Below, piece after piece: positions 13,374 to 26,678 of a stretch of 64,000 nucleotides of DNA. Source of the DNA: Octopus vulgaris. Its lineage: Eukaryota. Position 1 is the stretch's first letter, and every line of letters begins with the position of its first letter. The notes under the pieces were generated by a model that saw only the letters and a program-made list of their open reading frames with translations, did not search any database and was not told where the DNA came from. The translations under genes and the position numbers were made by a program. The stretch spans positions 64,542,001-64,606,000 of the forward strand of contig OX597831.1 in assembly GCA_951406725.2 (NCBI GenBank), in the 5' to 3' direction.

Positions 13374-14044
13374 GTGAATTTTTTGCGTAATGAGAAAAAA
13401 AACCAAGGCTGTATAGATATTAGAGCAATGCTGACATAGAACCAACATTGAATATTACTGAATCTGGAACTTAACTATGGTCTGTCTATAGCACTTATTC
13501 AGCATTACCTGATACCTTTGGGCCTCAATGACACCATTATCTCTTATAACCTCAACTTCTCACATATATATATATATACAGAAAATTATTTCGAAGTCCT
13601 TCTCACAAACAAGAGAGCTTTACATGTGGTATTCAACCTGCTAAAAATAGTGCCACATACACATAAAATAGTGTCTTAAAACAATAAAGGACAAATTTGA
13701 TATGTACACATTATGTCATAAAAAAAAAAGTTGGGATGGTCCTACTAGAAACACCTTTGATCATATAGAACACCTAGAACACCTTTGATTATATGTATGT
13801 ATGTATGTGTGTGTTTGTCCCCCATCACCACTAGACAACCAGTTTTGATGTATTTAAGTCCCTGTAACTTAATGGTTCAGCAAAAGAGACCAATAGAGTA
13901 AGTACTAAGCTTTAAAAATGCCAGTCCTGGGGTTGATTTTTTTTTACTAAAACCCTTCAAGGCAGTGTTCCAGCATGGCCACAGTCAAATGACTGAAACC
14001 AGAATAAAAGACTATATCAATAACCTTGGTGGGTTGTGAATGAA

Positions 14045-14250
14045 TAAGAGAACTGTTTGTGATTGCTCAACCAGTAAGAGACACCAATCCGAATAGCCCT
14101 GACACCACACCTATCATTTTAAACAATGGAGGATATATTAGATAATGTAGTTTTGTTTTGAATTAACAGCTGGGATAGTCATGGCTGGAATGCCTTAGGT
14201 TATAGATCTGCTTTTTTAGTATTGACCTAGGTTTACACAACAGCAATAAC
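14045..14250 (+). repeat. Old dispersed repeat family (CAACCTGCTAGAAATAGC...GATGGTCATGGCTGGAATGCC...GACCTGGGGCTAAACAACA)
   Basis: Diverged relatives at ~1220-1340, 1380-1690, 10470-10590(-), 12010-12120, 13580-13765, 15540-15970, 16625-16760, 26055-26210, 41840-42000, 54330-54660(-). Class not determined. Confidence 0.6.
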
Positions 14251-14401
14251 TTAAGAAAACGGAAAGGTGAGGTCTTTACATATCAGTTTCTTTTACCCAA
14301 TAAATTGTGAAATTCTGAAACTGAATTTCGGTGCTAATTAATTGTTAATATTTCTGCAGTATTTAAGATGGGGAGCTGACAGAATTATTAACCTGCAGGT
14401 T

Positions 14402-14636
14402 AAAGGTGGCGAGCTGGCAGAAGTGTTAGCATTCTGGGTGAAATACTTAGCTGTATTTTGTCCCCCATTACGTTCTGAGTTCAAATCCCGCCGAGGTCGA
14501 CTTTGCCTTTCATCCTTTCGGGGTCGATAAACTAAGTACCAGTTACACACTGGGGTCGATGTGATCGACTTAATCCCTTTGTTTGTCCTTGTTTGTCTCC
14601 TCTATGTTTAGCCCCTTGTGGGCAATAAATAAATAA
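14402..14636 (+). mobile_element. SINE family B copy nested in the head of an older family B copy
   Basis: 20-bp TSD AGAATTATTAACCTGCAGGT on both sides; the older element resumes GAAATGCTTAG... to ~14820. Other single copies at ~421-536(-), 7212-7375(-), 15123-15323(+), 15647-15880(-), 17997-18210(-). Confidence 0.85.
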
Positions 14637-17600
14637 GAATTATTAACCTGCAGGTGAAATGCTTAGTAGCATTTCATCTGTCCTTACCTTCTGAGCTCAA
14701 CTTTGCCTTACATCCTTTCGAGGTCAATAAAATAATTATCTGTTGAGCCCTGGGGTCGATGTAACTGACTCACTCCACTCCCTGAAATTGCTGGCCTTGT
14801 GCCAAAATTTGAAACCAATATTTCTGTGGTAATTTAGTACTGTTATTTGACTACATGTATGTTCTGATTGAGGAGAAATATGATCAAAGGTGTTCTAGTA
14901 GGACCATCCCAACTTTTTTTTTTTGATGACGTAATGTGTGCATATCAAATTTGTCCTTTATTGTTTTAAGACACTATTTTATGTGTATGTGGCTCTATTT
15001 TTAGCAGGTTGAAAACCACATGTAAAGCTCTCTTGTTTGTAAGAAGGACTTCGAAATAATCTTCTGTATTGAAATAATTTGATATTTACATAGGCGAACC
15101 CTATTTGATATTTACATGATCTAGGGCGAAATGCGTAGCCGTATTTTGTCTTCCATTATGTTCTGAGTTCAAATTCCGCCGAGCTCGATTTTGCCTTTCA
15201 TCCTTTCGGAGTCGATAAATTAAGTACCAGTTACGCACTGGGGTTGATGTAATCAACTTAATCTGTTTGTCTGTCCTTGTTTGTCCCCTCTATGTTTAGC
15301 CCCTTGTGGTTAGTAAAGAAACAGATATTTACATGATCTATCAGCTATAAGAAAAAGAACTTTCTGAATATTGAAGTGTTTTAATGTCATCTTGTGCTGG
15401 ACTGCTGACAACTTGGTCAAGGTTTCACATTTAACTGCTTGAATCATTATGTTGTCTCCTTGAGTGAGTCATAACTCTTGATTTCTCAAGTTTAATATAT
15501 GAGTTTTACATAAGCCAATGAGGTTGCCTTTATGCTGTCACTCCACCTGCTACAAATAGTAACACAAATTCTGTTAAATCACTCCTTACTATCTTAACAG
15601 AAAAAGGTTACATTGTTGTCTTGGATGTATGTATACTATCTAATAAATGTTTCTTTATTGCCCATAAGGGGCTAAACATAGAGGGGACAAACAAGGACAG
15701 ACAAACGAAATTAAGTCGATTACATCGACCCCAGTGCGTAACTAGTACTTAATTTATCGACCCCAAAAGGGTGAAAGGCAAAGTCAACCTCGGCGGAATT
15801 TGAACTCAGAATGTAACAGCAGACGAAATACGGCTACGCATTTCGCCCGGCGTGCTAACGGTTCTGCCAGCTCGCCGCCCTGATGTCTAATAAAAAAAGA
15901 CAGTGATGGTCATAGCCTTTGCTCATCATATTGTTCGATCATGGCTGGATTGAGATTGAATAGTAACATCAGTGAAAGGGTTTAGTCTTCCTGTTCCGCA
16001 GTTGTGTGATTAGTCAAGAGAAAACCCCAACTACTGACAGAATTTGCTCCAACTAAAAACAACTATATGAGGAAAACCTGAAAGAATTCAGCTCCAAACA
16101 GCAAGCAAACAAAACGATCTCGAATCGGTTGTCTTCAATTCAACATATTTCCCTCTGTTGATGTTTTCCAGTTACGATAAAACATCCTATTGTTAGTGAA
16201 TTGCACTGAACTCCCTATTTTTCTATTAATCTTGAAAGTTGTGTGTTTTGTAAATAACTATTGATTTTTTAAAAAATTTTCTGTTGTCTGTCATATAATT
16301 GTTCATGCCTTTCTCGCTTGCTGAGAACAATTCCAACTTCCTTCCAACTCCCTTTCAAACCAACCATTCTGTAGAGTCAGCAGGCATGAAATGAAATCTT
16401 TTTTCTTCCAGAACAAAATATTTATATGACCTGTCATCACCATTGTTATTTTACCATCTTCATTAACATCAACTATAATATTCTCATCATCATCACCATC
16501 ACCATCATCATCATCATCAGTGATAACCTCCTCCTTTTTGTCATCATCGTTAGCTACATTTTTCTCGTCACTGTCCTCTGTAACTTCCTCGTCATCATTA
16601 TATCTGCAGCACTAAGAAGCCTATGAGGGAGTTGTTTGACCTGCTACAAATAGCAACCAAACCCCCTTCAAATGGAACCTTTATCATTTTTAAAAGTTTT
16701 TTAAAAAAAGCTTGGTGATAGATTTTCTCAATCAGGGCCGACCTGGGATTAGAACAACAGGTACAACAATATTCACATTGTTAACATCATCATCTCTGTT
16801 TTATTTATAAAATTCCATTTAATATCTGTTTATCCTCCATGGAAGATAAACTGATATTTTTGACATACGGCCTGCCTATCCCTTTAAATGGATGAAACCT
16901 GTGGAAGAGGGACATCAAGGAAGACATCGGAATGCCTCAAATGGCATGTATAAGCAAGATGTGGTCCCTGACATTTGGGAGGACAGTAACAACCCATCCC
17001 ACCCATACCAGCATGAAAAAAGCAGACATAAATGGTGTGTGTGTGTGTGAACAAAATCGAAATCGATCAACATCAATGCAAATTGTAGCTGTGATACCAG
17101 TGCCGGTGGCACATAAGAGAACCATCCGAACGTAACCGTTGCCAGTGCTGCCCCGACTGGCCTCCGTGCCAGTGGCATGTAAAAAGCACCATCCTATCGT
17201 GGCCATTTGCCAGCCTCATCTGGCACCTGTGCAGGTGGCACGTAAAGAGCGCCCTCTACACTCACGGAGTGGTTGGCGTTAGGAAGGGCATCCAGCCGTA
17301 GAAACACTGCTAGATCAGACTGGAGCCTGGCGCAGCCTTCTGGCTTCCCAGACCCCAGGTGAACCGTCCAACCCATGCTAGCATGAAAAACGGACGTTAA
17401 ATGATGAGGATGATTTATGAAACTGGTATACTTTAGAGTTGTACTTGTTTAGCTAATGATTTGATCTGAAGTGAAACAATTACATTGATGTTTGTGATGC
17501 TAGCTATCTAGTTCTGCTTGAAAGGCTAGATCCCCCTTCTCGCCCCCCCCCCCCCAACAAATTTATTCATTCCACTTTTTTGCATTATTGATATTACATT

Positions 17601-17958
17601 TGGTCAATGCAGAACATTACTAGTTTCCTCACATTCAACTGTTTTATTACATGACTTGTCTAGTCAACTCCTATCACATTTCTTCTTACAAACCTCTCAG
17701 TATAAAAATTCAGTCACGGTATTTTGATTATTTATCTTTTTACTTAATTCAGTCATTAGACTGTGGCTATGCTGGGGCACCAACTTGAAGGGTTTTAGTT
17801 GAACAAATTGACTCCAGGACTCATTTTTTAAGCCTTAGTACTTATTCTACCAGTCTCTTTTGCCGAACCACTAAGTTACGATGACATTCACTCACCAACA
17901 CTGGTTGTCAAGCAGTGGTATGGGTCAAACACTGACACGAAGACACACGTACATACAT

Positions 17959-18000
<42 letters not shown>

Positions 18001-18209
18001 CTTTACTACCCACAAGGGGCTAAACAAGGACAGACAAACGGTTTAAGTTGATTACATCGACCCCAGTGCGTAATTGGTACTTAATTTATCGACCCCGAAA
18101 GGATGAAAGGCAAAGTCGACTTCGGCAGAATTTGAACTCAGAACATAATGGCAGACGAAAAATGGCTACGCATTTTGCCCGGCATGCTAACGTTTCTGCC
18201 AACTCGCCT

Positions 18210-18240
<31 letters not shown>

Positions 18241-18244
18241 ATAT

Positions 18245-18275
<31 letters not shown>

Positions 18276-19138
18276 CACACACACGCACGCGACGGGCTTC
18301 TTTCAGTTTCTGTCTATCAATCCACTCACGGGGCTTTGACCAGCCTAAGGCTATAGAAGTCCCTTGCTGTGCAGTGAGACTGAACTTGGAACTATGTGCT
18401 TGGGAAGCAAGCTTCTTACCATGCAGCCATGCCTGCACTTATTGTAATATAATTATCACACTGGTTGTCTTAGTTGTGGTTTTATCACTCTCGTGTTAAA
18501 AACCTAAATCACACCGTTACATTTATATATATATCTACCTTTGTATTTCTTGAAGGGTTTGCTGTGGGGAGGCCCTTCCTTGCTCTTGAGTCTATAGCAG
18601 GAAAAATAATTTCTGTATTATGTTTTTTATTTCTTGTATAAATTTGACTTTAAAGTCTTGTCTTAGTAGTCTATCTCTCTCTTTCTGTCTGTGTGTTTTG
18701 TAAAAATCTCTCTATATGTATATATAGGCGCAGGAGTGGCTGTGTGGTAAGTAGCTTGCTAACCAACCACATGGTTCCAGGTTCAGTCCCACTGTGTGGC
18801 ACCTTGGGCAAGTGTCTTCTACTATAGCCTCAGGCCGACTAAAGCCTTGTGAGTGGATTTGGTAGACGGAAACTGAAAGAAGCCTGTCGTATATATGTAT
18901 ATATGTGTGTGTGTGTGTGTGTGTTTGTGTGTCTGTGTTTGTCCCCCTAGCATTGCTTGACAACCGATGCTGGTGTGTTTATGTCCCCGTCACTTAGCGG
19001 TTCGGCAAAAGTGACCAATAGAATAAGTACTGGGCTTACAAAAGAATAAGTCCCGGGGTCGATTTGCTCGACTAAAGGCGGTGCTCCAGCATGGCCCCAG
19101 TCAAATGACTGAAACAAGTAAAAAAGAGAGAAAGAGAA

Positions 19139-19497
19139 TATATAAATGGCAAAATGTCCGTGTGTGTGTGTCCTTTATACAAATCCACAATTTTTCAGTT
19201 AGAGGGCTCGCGCTTTCTATGGTCATTCAAAACCGTCCAAGGGTGGTCGTGCACATCTTTACATTTCCCCAGTCACCCCACAAAGCCATAAAAAAGTCAA
19301 TAGAAGTGACTTTTTGGTGAATTTTCTATCCAAAACCTAATCAAAATGCCCGAAACTTGATACGCCAATTGAATGCCAGCTAGCTGTATGTGATTGGTCA
19401 GAGATTTGGACAGTACTCGCGTGTACGTGCGCATGCACGCAGCTGTATATGCATGCACTAGCACTATGACCCAGCAATGCCGGGTCATAGTGCTAGT
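19139..19497 (+). mobile_element. Non-autonomous Helitron-like element
   Basis: 5' (TA)nAATGGCAAAATGTC(GT)n; 3' hairpin CTAGCACTATGACCC..GGGTCATAGTGCTAG ending in CTAG. Reverse copy at 60701-61046. Confidence 0.7.
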
Positions 19498-19827
19498 GTG
19501 TTGTTAATCTTGATCAGGCAATCAAGTAGTTGGCCAAATAAGGAAGTGTGACCCACATATTCATCTTAGTTGCACTCTGTCTCTGACATGCAGTGATAAA
19601 TTGTATGAAGTGCTGTTGTAGCAACCTGGACATGTTGCACTCTCTGTACTGTCCTGTCTATTTCTGTATGCCAGTATATCCTGATGGTGGCCACCCAGTA
19701 GAAAGGGGGAAGGTAGGGTCCAAAATGGAACAGTCGTCGTGTTTTATGTTACTATGAGCAGAGTGAGTGTTCTTAGGTGGTTGTAATAATACTCTAGGGT
19801 GTTTTATGTGTTTGTGTCTGTGTGTAA

Positions 19828-19884
<57 letters not shown>

Positions 19885-20309
19885 TACATATATATATACA
19901 CATACATGTATGAATGGATTTGGTAGGCAGAGGCCTATCGTGTGTGTATATATGTATTTGTGTCTGTTTGACCCCACTATTGGTTGACAATTGGTGTTGG
20001 TGTGTTTATGTCCCTGAAACTTAGAGATTCAGCAAAAGAGAATGATAAAATAAATACCAGGCTTCAAAAAGAAGTAGGTAGTGGGGTCTATTGATTCAAC
20101 TAAAAATTCTTCAAGGTGGTGTCCCAGCAAGGTTGCAGTCTTAATGACTCTGCCTCAGAGGGGAACTTGGTGCAATCCCATGGTCATTCATGATCAAAAG
20201 GGGTCCTTCAAAATAATGTGAATAAATAACCCTTACATTTGACAGAGTAATCTGAATGCTAAGGGGTTAAGTCTTTTGTTGAGGCAGGTTTCTAAACTGA
20301 GTTCAAATA

Positions 20310-21634
20310 CAGGGTGTTCCATAAAGGGTGCCGAATTTGAAAGGTGAATAATTAAAATGAATTCTTGTAAACATTTTGCATATTTCTAATGAGTTATGTC
20401 TCCCATTTAGATATGGGACACAATGTCGGTCATATGTCCATCTGCACTGAGTCTGCATACGTTTATGTGCTCCTCGAAATTTTCGATAACTCTCTCACAG
20501 ATGTGTGGCCCAATGCCTCCAGTTGGCCCAATGCCTGATTTCAGCCTTGAGTTCAGGAATTGTGTGTGGTTTCTTGACATATACCTGTGATTTCACATAC
20601 CCCCAAAAGAAGAAATCACAAGGTGTAAGATCGCAGGACCTTGGTGGCCATTACTGGTCATCATGCAAGGATATCACTCATTGCAGAAACTTTTTGTGGA
20701 GTAATGCAAGCGTTTGGTGCAAAGTGTGACAGGTTGCTCCATCCTGCTGAAACCAGAAGTTGTCAATCTTCATATCTTCCAAGTTCGACCATAACTGAGT
20801 GGATATCATGTCTCTGTAACATTCTCCATTAATGGTAACTGCATTCCCCTCATCATTTTCAAAGAAGAACAGTCCAAGCACCTGTCCAAAACCAAACCAC
20901 ACAATCGCTTTCAGTGGATGCATCTCATGCTCCTGCATTATTTGATGATTTTCATTTTCCCATATCCGGCAGTTCTGTTTGACAAATCCACTCAAGTGGA
21001 ACTGGGCCTTGTCACTGAAGATGATTTTCTTTGCAAAATTTTCATCAGTTGCAAGTCTCTCCACAACCCAGTCAGCAAATTTCCTCTGCCTCCCATGGTC
21101 AGGTGGCTGAAGATGCTCTGTAAGTTGAATTTTGTATGCATGCAAATGAAGATCTTTATGCAAAATTCGATGTAATGAAGTGCTTGGGATGCCCAACTAC
21201 TGCAAACGTTGGCGATTTGATTTTCCCACGCTCAGTGACACTGTTTCACACAACAACAATTTGTTGCTCTGTCCAACGAGAATGGTTCCACCCAGGCAAT
21301 TTGGCTGTTGCAACTGAAGCAGTTGTTTTAAACTTCGTCATTAGTCTGCGAACTGTAGACTCTTTGGGTGCTTCATTTCTCCCCCAAAATAGTACGAAGT
21401 GTTCCAGCTGTTTGCGTCGCACTTTCTCCATTTTGGTAAAATGTCTTCACGATGAAAACATGTTGCTCAGTTGTAAACCACTCCATGACACACTGCACAC
21501 TATTCTGAAAAAAACAAATAAAAAACTATTAATCAGAGTGAAGAGAGATAGCAGACATGATAAAAGCATGCATTCAAACTTCAAAACACAAAAGTCACCC
21601 AATTCAAATTTGGCATTCTTTATGGAATACCCTA
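20310..21634 (-). mobile_element. Full-length but decayed Tc1/mariner transposon, DD41D (rosa-type)
   Basis: TA TSDs at 20308-9 and 21635-6; ~32-bp TIRs CAGGGTGTTCCATAAAG..GCCGAATTTGAA. Motifs IIFSD, WFQQDGATCHT and WPPRSCDLTPCDFFFWG, with 41 positions between the second and third D. Contains stops and frameshifts. Confidence 0.92.
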
Positions 21635-22974
21635 TAGTTGTGCAGCAGTGTCCAGAGAATGATGGGGGAATGTATGATGTTTGTAGGTTTTATAGTATTT
21701 TGAGAAAATCCTGTATTTACAAGTTGAAAAGAGTGAGTAGAAGAACATATCCTTCTGGTACTTCATTCAAAGAAATTATAGGTCCTGGAAGTATTGTTTC
21801 TACACACCATTATAATAAGCTTGGCGGTCTGTAAGGTAATCCGTTGTGTGTTTCTTAAAGTGGTAAATATTTTTATGTATCATCTGATAGAGGATGAATT
21901 GCTGGTATCATTAGCTATTAGAATGGCACATATCATCATCATCATCATCATCGTTTAACGTCCGCTTTCCATGCTAGCATGGGTTGGACGATTTGACTGA
22001 GGACTGGCGAACCAGATGGCTGCACCAGGCTCTAATCTGATCTGGCAGAGTTTCTACAGCTGGATGCCCTTCCTAACACCAAGCACTCTGAGAGTGTAGC
22101 GGGTGCTTTTACGTGGCACCAGCACAAGGGCCAGTCAGGCGGTACTGGCAACGGCCATGCTCAAATGCTGCTTTTTATGTGCCTGGGAGTTTTTCTCTTT
22201 TCAACTATTGATGTCAGCATATATAATCTGCAAAGTTTTGTGAGCAGCGTCAAAGTCTGAATTTCATGTGGGTTGGAGAAAGGGATGCTTCGGTTAATGA
22301 TGTCAAGGATTAGCCTTTCTAAAATTTTGGGGTTTTGCATAGAGAGTGATGGGTGTAAGTGAAGTTACTTCATTTGGGGTTTTGATAAGCTTTTAGACTT
22401 GTTTCAATTTTGCTTATCTTTGAGATTCTGGAGAATTTAGTGTGGGTGTAGTTTGTGTGTGCCTGGGTAGATGGATGTAGTGTCTGTGTGCACTGATAAG
22501 TAGATGAAGTGTTTGTGTGCGCACACACACATACACAGATGGATTGATGCGTTTGTGGATGGGTGTAGTTTTGTGGGGGGGGACAGGTGGGTGTATGTAG
22601 TTGGTGTGCTTTACATGTTGTCTTCTTTTCAATGCTTCTTTTATATCAAGCTCAACCTAACAAGTCAACGTTTATCTGTTAAGAGAAAGAGAAATTGTTC
22701 TTAGTGAATACAGTACCGACCTGCTGCTGTAGTGTGTGTGTGTGTGTGCTTTAGCATTCTTGTCCTATTTAGCTGCTGGTAGCAGAATAGATAACAACTA
22801 AGTCTTAGGGAGCAGTGTGCTGAATAAAGTGGATATTGGTAATTTTTTCTGGCTTACGGTGCCAAGATGATGAAATTCTTTTACACAAGAATAGAACAGA
22901 ATCTGAAAATCAACAATCCATCCACTTGTCCCTTTAAAGGGTAGCAAAGTTCTCTCTTTCAACACACACATATA

Positions 22975-23165
22975 CAATATATATATACATATATTATGTA
23001 TATAATGTAATGTATATGAGTATATAATGTAATGTATATGTGTATATAATGTAATGTATATGTGTATATAATGTAATGTATATGTGTATATAATGTAATG
23101 TATATGTGTATATAATGTAATGTATATGTATATATAATGTAATGTATATGTGTATATAACGTGAT
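22975..23165. repeat. 20-bp minisatellite (TGTATATAATGTAATGTATA)n
   Basis: About 8 near-perfect units; related units at 23670-23700 and 24300-24560. Confidence 0.9.
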
Positions 23166-24004
23166 GTAGTTATGCAGGAGTGGGTGTGTGATAACTAGCT
23201 TGTTTACCAATCACATGGTTCCGGGTTCAGTCCCACTGCATGGCACCTTGGGCGAGTGCCTTCTACTATAGCCTCAGATCGACCAAAGCCTTGTGAGTGG
23301 ATTTGGTAGACAGAAACTCAAAGAAGTGCAGTGTGTCTCCCCACCCTTGTTTGATAACCAATGTTGGTGTATTTACGTCCCTGTATCTTAGTGGCTCAGC
23401 AAAAGAGACTGATAGAATAAGTACTAGACCCTGCTGTACTCTTTTACCACAGCTTTCTCTTACTTCTTGTTTCTGTTGTACCTGTATTTGAAAGGGCCAG
23501 CCCTTGTCACACTCTGTGCCACGCTGAATCTCCCTGAGAACTACGTTAAAGGTACACATGTCTGTGGAGTGCTCAGCCACTTAAACGTTAATTTCATGAG
23601 CAGGCTGTTCCATTGATCAGATCAACTGGAACCCTCATCATCGTGACTGACAGAGTGCCAACATAATATATATATATGTATATAATGTAATGTATGTATA
23701 TAATGAAACAAATATATATATATATAGTTGGAATGTACACAAAAAAAACAAAGCAAAAGACATGTGTAAACAGCAATCAGATGTATTAGTTTAACGCTTG
23801 AGAAGTGAGAAAGTCTTTTACATTTCGAGCCTACGCTCTTCAACAGAAAGGAACACAGAAATAAGCAGAGAGAGAAAATAAAAAAGGTTTAGTGGCTAGC
23901 GAACAAATATATATATATACATACATATATACACACACACACACCTATGTATATGATGTAATGAACATATAATATATATGTATATAATGTAATGAATATA
24001 TATT

Positions 24005-24299
24005 GTTTGTTCCTTCTCGAGCCACACCCGGCTCATAAGGGCCGGTTTCCTTGGCATATAGGTTCCCCACCTGGATGGGATGCCGGTCTGTCGCAGGTGA
24101 GCTGCAAGATGCAGGAGGAAAGAGTGAGAGAAAGTTGTGGTGAAAGTGTCAGCAGAAGTTCACCATTACCTTCTGCCAGAGCCGCGTGGAGCTTAGGTGT
24201 TTTGCTCATAAACACACACATCGTCCGGTCTGAGATTCGAACTCGCGATCCCTCGACTTAGAATCTGCTGCTCTAACTACTAGGCCATGTACCTCCACT
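24005..24299 (-). mobile_element. tRNA-derived SINE family D
   Basis: Minus-strand head GTGGAGG..ATGGCCTAGT.GTTAGAGC..GAGTTCGAATCTC, motif CCTGCGA..GACCGGC.TCCC.TCCAGG, tail AGGAACAAACAA. Second copy at ~38570-38860(-). Confidence 0.75.
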
Positions 24300-25530
24300 A
24301 ATGAATATATATAATGTAACGAATATGTATGTGTGTATAATGTAGCGAATATGTATGTGTGTATAATGTAATGTGTGTGTATAATGTAACGTATAAGTAT
24401 GTGTGTATAATGTAGCGAATATGTATGTGTGTATAATGTAACGAATATGTATGTGTGTATAATGTAATGTGTGTGTGTGTATAATATAACAAATGTGTGT
24501 GTGTGTGTGTACACTATGTTTGAGTGTGTATATGTGTACAATGTAACGAGTGTGTGTGTGTACAATGCAGCGATTATTTATATATATATATATATATATA
24601 TGTATGCACACACACACACATGCATACAATTTTTATGAATCAAATGTGGTGAGATCTCAAAGAATTGACATACATACGACACAGGTTTTTTTTTTTTTTT
24701 TTCTTTCTACTTCTACCCAGATTCTATTTATATTCAATAATCTAGCAATGCCTGATAGATAAGAGTTGTGAGAATGGCTGGTGCGATAGTGGCTGCAGCA
24801 AGGCTGATGTTGGTAATAAGGACGGAGGGGGTAGAGTGAAGTGTTGTGACCTAATGTGGAAGGTGTGAGGCTGTTGTCAGAATTAAATCAGTTGGATGCA
24901 GTAACGAAATGGTTCCACATAAGTCACGTGACCCTGTTTTAGTGAACTAATTATTTCCTATCTACACACATGCCTTACCTTAGACACTCTTTTGAGTTAA
25001 CTTCATTGCACTTATACCTAACGTGAAATTCAATATTTACATTAAGAACTGTTTATATTAAGATAATATAACTCTGGCTACCGATTCCAACCCCCTACCC
25101 TTCCTGCTTCAAACTTACCTTATATCCTGTCTTCAGTTCAAGTTCCACTTTCCCTTCACAGCTTTCATTTTATATGTTTACCTACTCCCTATATATTCTG
25201 CGCCATCAGGTAAGAAGGCTTACTTTTAAATCCCTCACTATAAACATCTGACTTGTAAACCTTTCTTGTTTAATATTCAACCATATGGCTTATTCGTTAG
25301 GCTTTTCTGACTGGCAGGTGGTACGCTATCATATATACAAACTTAGAAGAGATTAATCAGGCAATAGTAGTAGTAGGAGGTGAAACTAAACAGCTGACTC
25401 TGCCCTTAGGGACCCCCTTTCTACAGCTGTCCTCTTCAGCATTCAGATTTCTTGCAGCATTTCTCTTCCTTCTGCTGCTGCTGCCGCCATGTAAGTTGTA
25501 CTATTTTGTTAATCATTTTACAGTTTTAGC

Positions 25531-25956
25531 AGATCTTTTTCAGTTTGAACAGCAGTTTTTAACATAATTTCTAGGTAACTAAAAAATTTTAGACTTCGTA
25601 TACTGGTAGAATGTGTTCATAAAACATCTTTTTCTCTTGGCTTTATTGAGAAAATTCTATAGTTTGTAAGATATTTGTTGGGTTTTTTTTCTTCAATTTC
25701 TGCAATTTCAACCAATCAATGGCGTCTATTGAGGTAAAAACATTGTGCCGTATGAATATGTCCCTCGTTTAAGAAACAGATTGGGTTTATTTACATTCTT
25801 GAAGAGAAAAAGATACCCTTCCCCCACCCCTAACCCTAACTAACCCTAGCCCTAAAACAGATTGAAATGCAATAGATCGATACTAGGGTCATAATTATGG
25901 GTAACAATTTCATATGACACCACTAGAAAAAACTGCTGTTCAAACCAAAAAGATCC
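25531..25956 (+). mobile_element. ~420-bp MITE with GGATC termini, 8-bp TSD and internal (CCCTAA)n
   Basis: TIRs (G)GATCTTTTCGGTTTGAACGGCAGTTTTT-like; TSD GTTTTAGC on both sides. Confidence 0.9.
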
Positions 25957-26544
25957 GTTTTAGCTAGCTAGCTATATACATGCTCTGACTATATACACCC
26001 ACATTCATCAGTTGCACACCAACTACAAAAGAAGCCACTATGCATTGCTTAACATGCTAAAAATAACAGCCAAATCATCTTAAAAAAATAAGTAAGAATA
26101 CATATGACAACGTAGTCATAAATATACAAAAGAGGCGTCTTGGTCATGGCTGGAATGTCTTTGATCCTAGGTGTACTTGATCCGGGTTGACCTGGGGCTA
26201 AATAAGAGCATACTAACAATATACTCACGCAGACATGCATTGATCAGCTTCACACACACATGGCCATCTATACAGTGTGTATATTCTGTTAAAATGAATA
26301 TTGATGCAGGGTGGGATTTTTTTCAGTTAAAAATCGATTTTGTTTCAGATATATTTGATTATAGTTATCTCAAATGTTTGCAAGTTTGGATTTAGTAACT
26401 ATGTCAGAATAATAAATGTGCCTGAGTACAACTTCAAATTATAGCTCTGTCTAGATATAACTCTACCGGAATTCAGTTGTGCTTGAATGTAATAATCGAA
26501 GCAGAATATCGCTATACCTGAATATGCTTACATTAGAATATATA

Positions 26545-26670
26545 TCAAGAGGGATACCGGAATGGACATAGCCAATCTGAAAGAAGCGGCCCAAGATAGA
26601 ACTGACTGGAGGACACTGATCCAACGAGTGACCGAGAGTCGACTTCGACTGAGCGGATAGATAGATAGAT
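26545..26670 (+). mobile_element. 5'-truncated RTE (BovB-like) LINE 3' end
   Basis: Encodes KRDTGMDIANLKEAAQDRTDWRTLIQRVTESRLRLSG* followed by (ATAG)n; flanked by duplicated TAGAATATATAT. Confidence 0.8.
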
Positions 26671-26678
26671 AGAATATA

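Noticed and set aside
21136-21834. 232-aa + strand ORF
   Set aside because: It is antisense to the DD41D transposase and runs through its TIR; no recognisable protein.
25380-25496. Minus-strand ATGGCGGCAGCA start-like motif and a plus-strand GTAAGT donor
   Set aside because: The ORF stops after 14 codons, and a 5' UTR exon cannot be supported without transcripts.
25828-25856. CCCTAA repeats as a telomere remnant or fusion site
   Set aside because: They are an internal part of a four-copy MITE.
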